Assembly: GCF_009914755.1 (NCBI RefSeq)
Contig: NC_060945.1
Reading direction: 5' to 3' (one strand)
Length of the DNA: 64,000 nt
DNA from: the human T2T-CHM13v2.0 reference genome, Homo sapiens
Notes under the pieces: generated by a model
Database searches by the model: none
The model's input: the letters and a program-made list of their open reading frames with translations, nothing else
Told to the model about the DNA's origin: nothing
Part shown: positions 11,401-32,782 of the stretch, in pieces
Numbering within the stretch: position 1 is the first letter of the stretch
How the letters are laid out: each line of letters starts with the position of its first letter
Program-made: the position numbers and the translations under genes

Positions 11401-14400
11401 CTTTGAGGAATCTGGGTGTCCACCTTGAAAATGATGTATTCCAAGAGACTAGGCATGCACATTGGGCCTGGGGTGCACCTAGGTCCTGATGTCTACCTGA
11501 GGCTGGTATTGAGCTGGGGCCTGTGTGTTCGCTTGGAGCCTGATGTTCATTTGGAACCTGGTGTTCACCTAGGACATGGGTATCCACATGGATCCTGATT
11601 TTCAGGTGGGGAGTGGATATAGATCTGGGACCTGATGGCCACCTATGCTATAAGTAACCCAACCACCTGAGGCCTGATGTTCACCTGCAGCCTGATATCC
11701 ACCTGGTACCTGTGTGTCAATCTAGTGCCTGGTGTCCAGTTGAGGACTAGGCAGACACCTGGGGCTTGGCGTTCACCAGGGGCCTGGTGTTCATCTTGCA
11801 CCCAGTGTCCACCTGGACCCTGTGTATCAACCTGTGGCCTAGGTGGCCACTGTAGCTTTATGTGCACCTGGGGCCTGAGAGTTTCCTAGGATCTGATGAC
11901 CACTGGGGCCCAGGTATCCACCTGGGATATCAGGCTTCAAGTGTACACCCAGGCTCCATGTGGACACCAGGCCAGGAGAATGCCAGCCCTTATCTGAACA
12001 TCAGGTCCTAGATAGACGCCCAGGCTCCATATGTACATCAGGCCCCAGGTATACACTGGACTCCAGGTGGACACCACACTCAATTGGATACACACACTTA
12101 AGGTGGATACCAGGCCCCACGTGAATTCCTATACTCCAGGTGAACATCAGGTCCCAAGTGGATACCTGGACCCCAGATGAATACCAGTCTCTAAATTAAT
12201 ACCAGGCCTCAGATGGTCCTTAGGAACCATGTGGGCATTAGTCATCAGGAAGTTACCTAGGCCCAAAGTGGACATCAGGCCCCATGTTGACACAGATCTA
12301 GTTGGAAGTCAGGCACCAGGTGGACACCCAGGCCCTAGGTAAATACTTAGGTCCCAAGTTGACAGCAGGCCCTATGTGAACACTCAGAACTCAGGTGGAC
12401 ATCAGGCCTCAGGTGGACATCTGAGTTCATCTGGAACCTCATGTTACAGGCCCCATGTAAACACCAGGCCTTAGATGGATACCCAATCTCTAGGTAGACA
12501 TCAGAGCTCAGATTGACACAAAGACTCCACTAGACATAATGTACCAATGAATATCCAGGCGCCCGGTAAATACCCAGGCCCCAGATTGACACCATGGTCT
12601 ATGTGGACACACAGGCCCCGGGTAGTAAACAGGCCCAAGGTGGACACTGGACTGGACATCAGGTCCTAGGTTGACAACCGTGCTCCAAGTTGACACCAGG
12701 CCCCAAGTGAACATCTGGTCCCAGCTGGACACTAGTCCCCTGGTGAATACCTGGGCTCAAGGTTGACATCAGACCCTATGTGAACACTAGACCCCAGATA
12801 AACACTTATGCCCTAAGTGGACATCAGGCCTCAGGTGGTTACCCAGTCCCAAGGTGAACATCAGGACCCCGATGGGCACCAGTTATCAAGTGGATTCCTA
12901 GGCCCCAGGTGAATATCAAGCCCTAGGTGGATACCGAGCCCCAGGTGGATACCTGGATCCTGGTAGACATCAGGTCCCAAGAGGACACTAGAACCCAGGA
13001 GTACATTAGGCCACAGGTTAACACGAAGGCCCCAGATGAATACCAGGCCAACTTGTGGACATCAGGCCTGAGAAGGGTCCTTGGGCTCCAGGGGGATATC
13101 AGGCCCCAGGTGAACATCCAGCACTCAGATGAACATTAAGCTTCAGGTAGGCATCATGCCTCAGGTGAACTCCAGGCCCCAGCTGAACATCAGGTCCCAC
13201 GTGGATGCCCAGAATCCTGGTGCACATCTGGTCACAGTTGGACATTCAACCCCAGGTGACCATCAGGCCATGGGTGAATACACGGTTTCCAGGTAGACAT
13301 CAGATCAAAGGGGAACATCAGTCCCCCAGTGGACATCAGGCCCAAGGTGGACACTCAACTAGAGGTTTACATCAGGCCACATGTTGACACCTAGTCCCAG
13401 GTGGACATCAGGCCCCAGGTGGATACCTAGGCTTCCAGTGAATTTCAGACACCAGGTTGACATTCAGGCCCCCAGTGGTCATCTGGCCTCATGCGAACAC
13501 TCAGACCCCAGGTGCAAATGATGTCTCAACTGGATACCAAACCCCTAGTTTGATACCCAAGGCCCAGGTGGACACCAGGTCCAAGGCTGACACTCAAGCC
13601 CTGAGTGAATACCAAACTCTAGGTGAATAATTCAACCCAGGTGGTCATTAAGACCCAGCTGGATACCAGTCCCCAGGTTAACAGAAGGCCCCCGGTGGGC
13701 ACCTAGGCACCAGCTGGACATCAGGCCCTATGTAAACACCCAGGTCTCAGGTGAACACCATGTCCCAGGTGGACATCAGGCCCTAGGTGGACACGGGGCC
13801 ACAGGTGGACATCTAGCCCCTGGGCAACATCCAGCCCCAGGTGGACATAACCATTTCCATGGATAAACCATTCCCAGGTGGATAGCAGGCCTCAAGAGGA
13901 TGGCAGTCACCAGGTAGACATCAGGCCTCAGATAGACACCAAGGTCCCAGATGTACAGCAGGCCCCAACCGAACCCCAGACTCATGTGGACATCAGGCCA
14001 CAGGTAGACACCAAGCCTTAGGTAGATACCTAACTTCAGGTAGACATCAGACCCAAGGTGGACACCCAGTCCCCAGGTGGACAGTCAGGCCCCAGGCACA
14101 CATCAGGCCTTAAGTGGTCACCCAGGCCCCAGGTTAATATCCAGTTCCCAGGTGATCACCAAGCCCCAGGTAGACACCAGGCCGTAGGTGAGCAACAGGA
14201 TGCAGTAGGTCATCAGGCCACAGCTGGATACCAGTCCCTGGTGAACACAAGGCCCCAGTGGGACACAGATCTAAGGCAGACATTAGGCCCCAGGTGGATC
14301 TGGGTGGAATTCACCCTGAGGGGGACATTCGGCCCCAGGTACGCATCAGGCCTCAGCTGAATAACCAGTCCCCAGGTGGACATTAACCCACAGGTCAACC

Positions 14401-14560
14401 ACAGTCCCCAGGTTGATACCTTGTCCCCAGGTGGCTACTCAATCTGCAGGGTAACATTAGGCCCCTGTAGGATCCCAGGCCCCAAGTGGATTCCTAGGCC
14501 CCTGGTGAACATCAGGTGCAGGTGTCCAAGTAGGCCCTGGGTGGACATAACTGTGTACAG
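5404..14560. repeat. Degenerate 18-19 bp tandem array (GATGTCCACCTGGGGCCT / GGTGTTCACCTGGGGCCT), roughly 480 units, mixed orientation
   Basis: Continuous CACCTGGGGCCTG-like periodicity on + at 5404-~9665 and ~9940-11926. The reverse complement (CAGGCCCCAGGTGGAC) runs at ~9667-9938 and ~11927-14560. Confidence 0.92.
9155..9511 (-). mobile_element. MaLR solo LTR (THE1D/MSTA-like) inserted in the 18-bp array
   Basis: TGTATTAGTCCATTTTCACACTG...GAGATTTGGGTGGAGACA..TATCA. Near-TSD GTCCT (9150-9154) / GGCCT (9512-9516). Confidence 0.85.
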
Positions 14561-14717
14561 GTAAGGAGTTGACCTATGGGGAGGATGAGCAGTCAGAAGC
14601 CCACTGGGGTCCTGCGTAGGTCTTCTGGAAGGGGGAGGCTGAGGGGATGGAACCTTAAAGAAGCAACCTCACTTCTTTGGCAACAGACCCTAACAGAACT
14701 TAGAATTCTGGTAACCA

Positions 14718-16570
<1,853 letters not shown>

Positions 16571-16892
16571 TTTGACTTTTTGAAACTTCCATGACTTCTT
16601 TCACTCCCTAATATTGTAGATGGTGTTTTTGAGGTGACGTTGAAAACCTCTGATAGTTGTGTATTTTGTTGTGGTTCTTTGGGTGATTAAATTACCATCT
16701 GATCAAGTGATATTGAAAACCCTTCAGGTATGGCTTTTAGAAGACTTTGACCTATTTTTGCTTGTGTTGACTCTCCCTCCAGCTTTGTGGAAAGAGGGAT
16801 CATGTAGGTTCATTTCTCAGGCAGATCAGTCACCTTTTGCTATCAAAGTTTTAGCATCCATTTCGAAAATTTGATGTACAAGTTGATATTTT

Positions 16893-17253
16893 GGTGTTTT
16901 TAGCTAATCTGGGGTCAAAACAGAATGCCATAGATGAGGAAGCTTATAAACAAATTTGTTTCTCTCTGTTCTGGAGATGGCAAAATTCAAGGTCAAGTGG
17001 TTAGCAGATTCCATGTCTGGTGTGGGCTTGCTTTGTGGTTCATAGACAGCCATGTTTCTACCATGTCCTCACATGACAGAAGGGATGAGGGAGCTTTCTA
17101 TGGTGCCTTCAATAGGGGCTACTAATCCCACTCCTGTGGTCCCTGCCTTCATGATCTAATCATTCCCCAAGGCCCTACCTCCAAATATCATCACATAGGG
17201 AATTAGATTTCAGCACTTGAATTTGAGGGGGACAATAACATTTGGTCTGTAGC
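16893..17253 (-). mobile_element. MaLR LTR (MLT1A/MSTD-like)
   Basis: ..AAATTTGTTTCTCTCTGTTCTGGAG..CCTCACATG..CCTACCTCCAAATATCATCACA..GAATTTGAGGGGGACA motifs. Confidence 0.7.
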
Positions 17254-17719
17254 ATCAGGTTACCCAGAGCCTTATGCATTCGGAGGAAATCCAAAATCTT
17301 CTATAAGTGTTTGCTGGTCCCCTCCGGGCTTAGGGGAATCTTTAATTGCAGCTCTTGATTCAGCTTGGTCCAAGCCGAAATTCTACGTTTGCCTGAGTAA
17401 CTTGTTCATGGGACAGAGGGAAGTATAGAGGCAACTGACCATTTGGAGTTTAGGACAATTGATGGAAGAGGGCTTGGCATCTGGATGAGAAGTGGAGGGA
17501 GAATAGAACAAAGGCACAGAAGGAGAGAGCACAATGAGAAAGGGGAAGAGGGACATCTGGACATAAGGGCCAACTGGAGGGCAGGGAAGGTAATTTTCCT
17601 TGCATTTTAGACTCAGACCACATATCACATCAGAATCACCTGAGGGAGACGTTTTCAATGCATATTCCTGGGTTTCTTCTCTTGGAAATTTGTATTAAAT
17701 CTTGAGTTGTGCTGATTTA

Positions 17720-18012
<293 letters not shown>

Positions 18013-18487
18013 AGAATTGTGGATAATTCTGATGCAATTAGAAAACAAAGCAGAGCTTGACAACCACTGGGTTGGGATGTATATCAGGAAGACATTTGAT
18101 TATGTAAAATAACTGCAAAGCAAACTGAAGGGGAAATATTTTAAACTGCTTGAATATAATTAGATAATTCAACTCTTCCTATGTATGTAGTTTGACCACG
18201 TATTTGATGTCTGCTATACTAAGATTGGAAATGTGTAGAAGTGTTTTTAAAAATCAGGTAGAAGCACAGAAAAAAGGAGTTGGAGAGAAAAGAAAACTAG
18301 CTATTGTCTGGTAACAAGAGAAGAGAAGGGAAACGAAGTAGCATATTTTTGTTCATTGTTTGATGGCATCTAAATTATAATCCCAAATATTTTTTTCTAA
18401 GAAATCCAATAATACAAGTATTCAGAGTGGAGTACCAACACTGATTTACTGGGAAAGAGAAGTGTAATCTGTTTTGCTGCATAATGT

Positions 18488-19050
18488 TGAGGGAGAAGGA
18501 AAGGAAAATTAGTTGAGTAAACAAGTAAGAGACTGGTCCTCAGGGAAGCTGTCTGCCTGAAAAATCACAACTACTGCACCTACAGATAAGCCCTGAACAG
18601 ATAAGCATGCAGGGTCCAGCACCGATGCCTTCTGTTCTTTGTGTAATTGGCAAGCTCCCAGGTAAAATTTTCCTCCCCTTTTCAGGCATATACATGGCGG
18701 CCTCTGTGGGAACTTGCACAGGGAGGAGGGGGGCTTACCTAAAACAAACCCACAGTTATACAAACAGGAGAAGCCCACTTTGTGCTTGACTAGAGACATA
18801 CCCACAGCTGGATATATAAAGAGAATTGTGCAGACAGTTTTATATATAGCTGAGAGGAGTTTCTTATAAAAGCTTTTTGATTCAACTGTAAAAACGGCAA
18901 TCCACTTGGACGCCCTTGTCTGCTGCAGAGAGCTTCCTCCTTTTGCTTATTAAACTTTCACTCCCACCTCACCCGTGTGTCCCTGTTCCTTAATCATCTT
19001 GGTGGTGAGATGAAGAACTCAAGGTGATACCTCACAAGAGAGACTGCTAC
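18488..19050 (+). mobile_element. ERV1-class LTR (MER50-like)
   Basis: TATAAAAGC, GCAGAGAGCTTCCTCCTTTTGCTTATTAAACTTTC polyA region, ends ..GCTACA. Subfamily uncertain. Confidence 0.6.
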
Positions 19051-19588
19051 ATTGTGTTGCATTGGTGAGACTGCAACTTTAAGAAGTGTGACTTTTATTG
19101 CTGCTGAATTATTTTATCTCCTACCCAGTTGAAAATAAAGGATATAAAGTGCTTAGGTTGAACACAAAGTCCTCTGCTCTAGGTAACATCTTCAGCAGCC
19201 ACATTAGCAGAGGCATGGGTGGTAATGGTGGAATAGATGTCTCTTTGCTTCTGACAGGGTGTCTGCTTATGTGTTAAACAAAATAGTATGGTATATATTT
19301 CATTAAGAAATCTGCTAAAAAATGAAGTAAAAGAGGTTCATGTTCTTAAGAGGCACAGGATTTGCTACGGCAGCAAGACCAAAAGGCTTAAGTAACAAAA
19401 ATGTGCATAGTAGTTACAAACATTTTCATCTAAACAAAACAATGTGAGCATCTGCATATGACAATAACTCATGCAAAAATATTTTTAACTGAGATTGAAA
19501 TCATTTTATACATAACGTGTTATCACTGTATTCTCAGGTAATATATTGTTTGTATATAGATGTTATAAATAATAACTTATTTAAGTTA

Positions 19589-20516
<928 letters not shown>

Positions 20517-20821
20517 TGGAAGTTGTACTGCTGAAAACAAGAGCTACCAACAAAAAAATTTCAGGAAACCTAGTGTGATTATTTTTAATAGAAATCAATA
20601 TTTTAATACAGGTCTCTTGTTTTTTCTTGTGGAAATAAATGACAAGATGGAATTTCTGGGTGTTTGGTATCTGAATATTTAAGTATAGCAGGTATGGTCA
20701 GTTTTTCAAAGACATTTTACCATCTTACTTGTCCATCGGCAACTCATAAGATATGTGGAACAACGTCCTCTCCAACAACCTCTAGTATCAGTCTTTGTAA
20801 AGTTTGTCAATTAAATGGGTG

Positions 20822-21256
<435 letters not shown>

Positions 21257-22059
21257 TAGGTTTTGCAGGTAATTATTATATTATTAAAAGATAACAGAAT
21301 ACCTAGCTAAAAAAAAAATGCAAGGAGGCATTGATGGGCACATGTTTACTGAGCACATCCTGACTCCAGAATTAAAAATCCAATTTATGCCTCTGTAGTC
21401 CAATAAAATTTTTCCTTAAGAATCCAGGGATCAGACTTTCATCTCAGCAACCACTCCAATATGGTTTCTCACCTACTCATTCCAACGAGCTGCTCATATC
21501 AAAATATAAGTGCTATCCATATTGTTAAATTATAAATTGAACCATAACTTCTCGGCCTTCATCTTAATTTATATATCAGCAGCATTTCACACAGTTGATC
21601 TCCACCTTCTCTTTGTAAAACTTTTTTATAGAATTCCAGAACACTTAACTTACTTTCCCCCCACCACGTTTTTGATAATTACCCCTAGTCCTTTTTTGCA
21701 GGTTTCATCTTTACTATTTTTTAAATGTTAGAGGACCATTAGGCTCAGGACTTTGACTTCTTATCTTTCTTATCTTTGCTTTCTTACTAATTTTTGTGTC
21801 ATTAATTTCCTGATATTTCATATTACACCTAAACACTGGACACTACACCCAACACTCCCTGACTTTTCCACGTGGATGTCAGTTAAGAATCTCAAAATTA
21901 ATATGTCTGTATGGAGCCACTGAAACTCCCAAAATTTGCTCTTCCCCATTCTGTTTAATGGCAACTCCCATTTTATAGTTTCTCAGCTCAATATTCTTGG
22001 TGTCCCCTTTTAATTCTGTCTCTGTAGCTCTGTCACTCTCTTCCTGTATCTGTCTGATT

Positions 22060-22168
22060 CTCTCCCTCTCTCTCCTCTCTCTCTTGCTCACTCTCACTCT
22101 TGCTCTCTTTCCCTGCTTCACACACACACAAACACACACAGACAGACACACACACACACACACACACA
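22060..22168. repeat. Compound (TC)n(CA)n microsatellite
   Basis: Directly visible. Confidence 0.85.
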
Positions 22169-24585
22169 TTTTCAGATCTGATGTGTATGGAATTCCTGCC
22201 AGCTTTACCTTTAAAGTGTAGTAATTCCAAATGTTGTTGAAAATTCACCTTCCCACCCCCACCACTTGGTAACTATAGCGCTTTCCACACAAGGCCAAGT
22301 GCACAGATTTCTTGGGGAAATAATGAGAACTATTATACACTCTTATTTCAAGGACCCTTAAAATTATAGGATTGCCATATTTGATACTAATTTAAGCTTC
22401 TGTCATTGCCCTTTTTTCAATCCAGTCTCCACACAGCTACCACAGTGTGCAAGTAGAAGTCTCAGCCATATCACCAAACTCCTGCTTTAATGTCCCTACT
22501 CCATTGCTTCTTTTCTCCTTCAGAAGAGTTTAAGCTTAATGAAGCTGGGCAACTTTACATATTTTTCCATGAGCTGGAGATCACTTGGTGTAAGGTAAAA
22601 ATGATCAGTAAATATTTTCAAATAACAGAATCTACGAATAATAGTCTTGTTTCTTTGAGAGTACATTGACTTTTAAAAATCAAGAAAATAGATTGGTCAA
22701 GAGAATTCTGCTTGTTTTGATTTTGTTATCCCTCGATTAGATTAACTGTGTTAGTATAAAAGTCAGTGTGGAAAGCTATAAGCAATTCCTAAACTTTAAA
22801 ATGAAAGGCATGGAATTTAAATATCTGTTCCTTTTATTCAAGCAACCAAAAAACATAACTTTTTAAATATATTTTATGTATGTATGAAATCTAAATTTAT
22901 TTTTCTCTCTTTATCCCTGAATACTTTTTAAAGTTATTCATGTCCTCATTATTTTTTAATCCACTTCAGTCACATTTTAAAATATATTTTCGACTTCATT
23001 AAGAATATCTTTGTGTTCCACTGAATAGCTTGCCAAATAATAAAACATTAGCAGTATAATTTCCTCATAAACTTTATTTAATTTGCTTGGTTAAACATAG
23101 ATTTCCTACTCTCAACTCATAATTTCATTCAAGTATAATATATTCTACTTGACATTTGCAGGGTTTTCATACCATGCATTTGTCATTGAAATTGGTTTTT
23201 GATATTTGAACCACTAGTTTATAATTGTCTTGTTGGTTAGACTGGTCTGTAGAATCTTTCTTTGTTTTGATTCTGTGGTTTATTCATTATGGAATAGCTG
23301 TGCTACTGTAAATTTTGAGGTCAAAAGCTTAAAACATTTTATGTATTTTAAAACAAAGTGGATGGCATTTAAATATCTATTCCTTAAAATTTGGAAGAAA
23401 GGTTAACACCATATAAACCCAGAGCCTGTTTTTTAGATTAGTAGCATGTAGACATTTTCAATTTCTTCTAAAGTTGAAAAAAATAAACATTTTATATTCA
23501 TAGAATGCTTGATGAAGGTAAATATTTAATTTTCACTTAAAAGAAATTTGGTTACATTGAAAGGAAATTTGGCTAATATAAGTGAGATACATATCTAATT
23601 AAAACAATAATTTAAGATAAATAATGCTCAAAGAACAGTGGTCGTTGCATTTATTCCAGAGAGAGGACAATTATCCTGATCTGGCTGTAATAACGTAGTA
23701 GGTAGAACTGCTGGCGTGGACACCCAAGCAAGGAAGGAAAGCTGGTGTCTCAAGGGGTCCCACTGAGATGGAAAGGGCTCAGGGCCCAGACTGTTGATGT
23801 CACCTGGACCCAACCACCACATCTTGGAAGAAGAAATGACCCTCCCTTCCTGGTGTTGCCCCAAACAAGGAGCTTAGCAGTGTTGCACACAGGATAGTCC
23901 TTGCAGGAGACATGTTTGACAAGCTGCTGAGGTGCCTGATGGGGCCAGGCTTTTTTTCATGAAATGAGTTTGCATCCTGAGGAAGCCTCTTTATTGGAAA
24001 CCTGGCAGGGATCCAATTTCCCCTTTGCCTTAACCCCGTAGGAGCATAGTAGATAGGGAGGAGGTCACCCAGGTGGCTGTTCCTGCTTGGCCCCCACTTC
24101 CCAGAACCTTCCAGGCAGGGAGAGCCGCTGAGATCACTCCATGGGCTGCTCACATGGGGTCTGGACCCAGCCGCCCTCCTGTGCCTGGCAGGCAGCCCCT
24201 GGGCCATCACAGGACCCACTGTGTGGTGATCAGTGGCCCACCACCTGCCCTTGTGGTGGGTGCGGTTCACAGGTGCTGCCCCAGTCCTGGCACACTGGCC
24301 TTCCCAGCCTGGCCCAGGATAGGGGATGTGAATGATCCTTGCCTGTGCCCCTTCAGACCATGTGAGGTTGGACACTCACTGCAGAAGTCCCTCCAGGTCC
24401 CTTTTCAACTGAGTTGTGGGGGACTTGCTTAGTCCTCATGCCCAGGGTCAGGGGAGGGGTGCAGAGTCTGCACCCTAAATCCCCTAGGGCCTGAGGGAGG
24501 TCTCCCAGGTTATCTCTGTCCTCTCCAGTGACATGAGTCCTCCCAGATGGCCTCAGCCCTCTCAGGTGACTTGCTTCCATGGTGA

Positions 24586-25945
<1,360 letters not shown>

Positions 25946-26157
25946 GTAAGGAGACAAATGGAGACCCCAGGACAGGGACTCTCCTGTCCCACAAGTGCCC
26001 AGCTCCCCCAGGAAGACCTGGCTCACCCCAAGTCAGCAGGAAGCACAGGAAAGTTTCTGCATGGCACAGAAGCCAGGCCCTCCTCAAGAGGGGGCATCAC
26101 ACAGCAGGGGTCAGGATTCAGGCCCGCTGCTATTTCCACATTATTCATTTTATAAGG

Positions 26158-26350
26158 TGATATGGTTTGGCTGCGTTGCCACCCAAATCTCATCTTGAAC
26201 TGTAATTTCCATAATCCTCATGTGTCCTGGGAGGGACCCAGTGAGAGGTAACTGAATCATGGCGGCAGTTTCCCCATGCTGTTCTCATGATAGTAAGTGA
26301 GTTCTCATGTGATCTGATGGTTTTATAAGCAGCTGGCATTTCCCTTGCTT
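26158..26350 (+). mobile_element. THE1 LTR 5' half, fused to an old L1 3' end (26351-26490)
   Basis: TGATATGGTTTGGCTG..CCACCCAAATCTCATCTTGAA; then CCCCATAAATATATACACCTACCATGTAC..AATAAAA. Confidence 0.8.
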
Positions 26351-28577
26351 GAGGTGATGAATGCCCCATTTACCCTGATGTGTTTATTACACATTGCATG
26401 CCTGTGTCAAACTATCTCATGTACCCCATAAATATATACACCTACCATGTACTCATATAAATTAAAAATAAAAATAAATTTTTTAAAAAAGTGTGAGTTT
26501 TAAAGGTGAGGTTTGCCCTCCAGCGCTGGTGCCTGCCAGGTGTGACCTTCACATCATCTTTCCACATGGTCCAGGCCCCCATCTGCAGAGGCCAACAGTT
26601 CCCAGAGTGACCTTCCTCAGAAAACAGGGTCTTGGAGGAGACAGTCAGAGGAGGGGGCCTCGTCCTCCCCACTGCACAGCCCCTTGTGGGGATTGGAAGT
26701 GAGGGTCTCTGCCCACAAGTTATCAGTCACCCTAAGCTGTTTTGTGGGAGGAAGCATAGGGAATATAGGTCAGTGCTGGGACAGCGTTTCCTGATCCTGA
26801 CTTGGAGAAGGTGTTAAAATCTTGACATTCCCGACACCTCCTTTGTGAGAGCCCCTGTCCTGCAGGTCTCACAGGGTTGTTGTGAGGGTCACCTGTGGTG
26901 ATGGGTTTGGAAGTGCTTTGTGAATGACACAGTGGGCCTTCCTATTCCTGTCATTGGCCTTTCGACCTTCAATACTAATTGCCTGGGGATCTCCAGGCCT
27001 CAAGGTCTAATCCTGGAAGGGTATGAGATGTCCCTAGTGGAATATTCTACACCTCCTGGGAGGTCTCTCACTTCAACCTTCACCTGACATAACCCCTGCT
27101 CCTGTTCCCTCAACCTGGAGAGCTTGCCCAGGAGCACATGGTAGTACTGGACTGACCTCTTTGGAAAGGGTGATTACATCCTCATTTCAGCTCTCCCTCC
27201 TCCTAGCTTTCCACGTAGAAATCCAGGGCTCCATGCAGCATTTGCTGGACATGAGGGGAAAACTTTTAGGGCAGGGATCTGCCCTGGGTGGGGACAGAGG
27301 AGTATCCTGGAGTCTGAGTGTCAGGAGTGTGAGACCTGCCCAGCTGGCCAGCCCCTGTCCCCATGCTGCTCGATGCATGATGTTTCCTGCACAAGCTTCC
27401 TTTAGAGGGAAGCTTCCGGAGTGACTGCAGTGAGGTCCATGCTGTTGGGGGTGACAGAGCAGCCCTGGAGGCCCTCTGCTCTTACCCTGGCAGGAGGTGG
27501 CCAAAAAGAAGCAGGCAGAGGAAGCTTCTCCAACACGCTTGGAAAGAAATTTCCACATATCACTCACGTCACTCTTGCCACTAGAAGGAAAATTTCTACA
27601 GTGGAGTGGAAGAAAATGACTATGCTGTGAGAGAGAATGGATGCATCCAGAAGAGCAAGGCAGGAGGGAAATGTGCCCATTGCCATAATTTTGTGTCTTT
27701 TGAAGACATTTGCCAGAATTCTACTTTTGAAGGCTGCCCCTTTTGACAGTCACTTACTGAGGAAGCTGTGGGACATTTTCAAAGCCTTTTATATAGAAAA
27801 AAAAACACAAAATATACTGCTGTGGGTCTGTGTTCAGAGACTACGAAGAGCACAGATGCCACTGTTCTGTGTCGCAGATGCTGTGGGAAGTGCCTTAACA
27901 CACAGAGGTTTGCTTCATGCAACCGGGTGAGGAACATCTCTAAAACATTTTACAGTCAAGGAAATTCAGTGTTCAGGAGGTTGAATGCGTTATCCAAGAT
28001 CACACATATGTCCTGACAGATTCGGGGTTCAATGAAGAATTATGTATTTTAATTAAGAATTATGTATTTTGATTAATAATTATATATTTTAATTTCACAT
28101 TTTAAATTTCTGCAGTTTTCTTCCATCACTTTTCACCATGCTTTCTACACTTGGAATTACTTTTTTTGACTTCTTGATCTTCTTTACTTGTATGTTATTG
28201 ATTTTCTACAAGTTTTAACATATATGATTAAAGAGTATTTCTTAATGTTTTAATAATTATCCTAGAATAAAATATATTTACTTTGATGTATGCATTGGAT
28301 ATTACAGTGTATTGTGTACATTTTCAAACACTTTGTGTTATACCAGAAGCATTATTCAACAGTGGTCATTTTTTTACCTGAACTATGTTCAGAAAATCTT
28401 TCCACCACAGTACAAAAAGATCGACTTCATTTTGTTAACAGATGGATGTGCCATAGTGCAATTAACTGTTTAATTATCCTGTTATCCTGTTGTGGATATT
28501 TAAGTTCAAACAATGCAGTAATAAATATGCAAGAGTGCTTTTAGACATTAAACAATGTGGCTCTAAATTAGGAACTA

Positions 28578-28883
<306 letters not shown>

Positions 28884-28994
28884 TTAGCCAAATTTCTTAT
28901 GCATTTTGAATGATAAGAGTTACTGCCTAATTTCTGTTACAAAGGCTATGGTAATTTACACTCAAAACACAGAATAGGTTGGTTGTTGTCACAT

Positions 28995-29261
28995 ATGGAG
29001 TCTTACTGTTGCCGAGACTGGAGTGCAGTGGTGTAATCCTAGCTCGTTGTAGCCTCCAACGCCTAGGCTCAAGCAATCCTCCCACCTCAGCCTCCCTCCC
29101 AATTAACTAGGATTACAGGTGCATGCCACCACACCCGGCTAATTTTATTCTTAGATATGGGATCTTGCTATGTTGCCCAGGCTGGTCTTGAAATCCTGGC
29201 CTCAAGGTGACCTCAGCCTCCAGTGTAGCTGACATTACAGGCGTGAGACACTGTACCTGGC
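28995..29261 (-). mobile_element. AluJ-like
   Basis: GGCTCAAGCAATCCTCCCACCTCAGCC and GATCTTGCTATGTTGCCCAGGCTGG, typical of AluJ. Confidence 0.8.
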
Positions 29262-29455
29262 TGAATGAGTGCCTCTATCCTGACACTTGTGTCCCCACGG
29301 GATCCTGCAGAATTCAGGACCCTGTCCACACAGGGGAAAACTCTCTGTTGCAGTCCTGATGACTGAGAAGGGAGCTTACCCATGGCTCTCTTGGTCATTT
29401 TTATTTAATAGTGAGCACAGAACTTCACATTTTCTGGAATGTTCCCATATGATTT

Positions 29456-30029
29456 TGTGAGAGAAAAGAGAATAGAGACCCCAACCCCAAGCTCACTGTG
29501 TCAAAGGGAAAATTAAGCTTGGGAACTGAGTTACGCAATACTGCCTTCCTTGTTCTCAAACACATAGCCATAACTTCACAACCCTGTGTCATAGCCTCAT
29601 CCATAAGCCAGGTTCCCACAGTGACAGAAGGCCACATGTCTCCTCAGATGTCCTCCCTCACAATTTGCTGTGAACCCCTAAATCTTTCAGAATGCACATC
29701 CCACCTGTAAACTATCCCTAAAAGTGAGTCGGCTCAATTTCACCCTGACAATCTCAATTACCAGCTTATTTTCATAGTTCTGGGACAAGGTCAGGACCAG
29801 AAATCATCCCTCTGCCTACCCTGAGATGAATGAATCATTGAGTTTTCCTCTACTCCACTCCCTCTATTCACATGCTTACTTTATCTTATGTAAAATGGAG
29901 ATTTACTGAATGTGAGATGAATGCATAACTGTTTCCTCTGCTCCCTCCTTTCCTATGTAAAATGTAGATATCCTGATGCTAATCAGAGCCACACAAGAAT
30001 GCAAGCATTTGCTTCACTGCCTACCTTCA

Positions 30030-30030
<1 letters not shown>
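29456..30030 (+). mobile_element. MER4-group ERV1 LTR, 3' end truncated
   Basis: TGTGAGAGAAAAGAGAAT..AAAGGGAAAATTAAGCTTGGGAACTGAG. Confidence 0.6.
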
Positions 30031-32390
<2,360 letters not shown>

Positions 32391-32782
32391 GGAAAAAAGG
32401 ATGGTTTAAATAAAGGAATGTTCACATAAAATATATATTAATTAGTGCAAACATATTTTATTTGACATGAGTTAGGTGAATCTTTGATATATTAATTAAT
32501 TTTAAAATTGTTAAATAAAATTAGAAATATCTTCGAATTTGCCAAGGTATGTTTCTCTCCTGGGATTACTGGTCAGTTTTATTTTTTCCTTGGATAGACA
32601 TTTTAAGCCATAAATCTTGACATAGACCTGATGTAGACCTCCATACCTTTCCCAGATGTGGGACGGAGCAACTGGGACAGGTCCATCCTAGCACTAAGGG
32701 ATGATTAAACCTAACTTGTAGTCTTTGTACAACTATAAACATGGTTGATGCTTTAAGAGAAAGATCTTGATGGAAAGGGTTA

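Noticed and set aside
5404-14560. CRISPR array or intact repeat-protein gene (GPDVHL/PQVDIR ORFs)
   Set aside because: There are no unique spacers or cas genes and the context is primate. Frequent 19-bp units and stops break every frame (longest ORF 164 aa).
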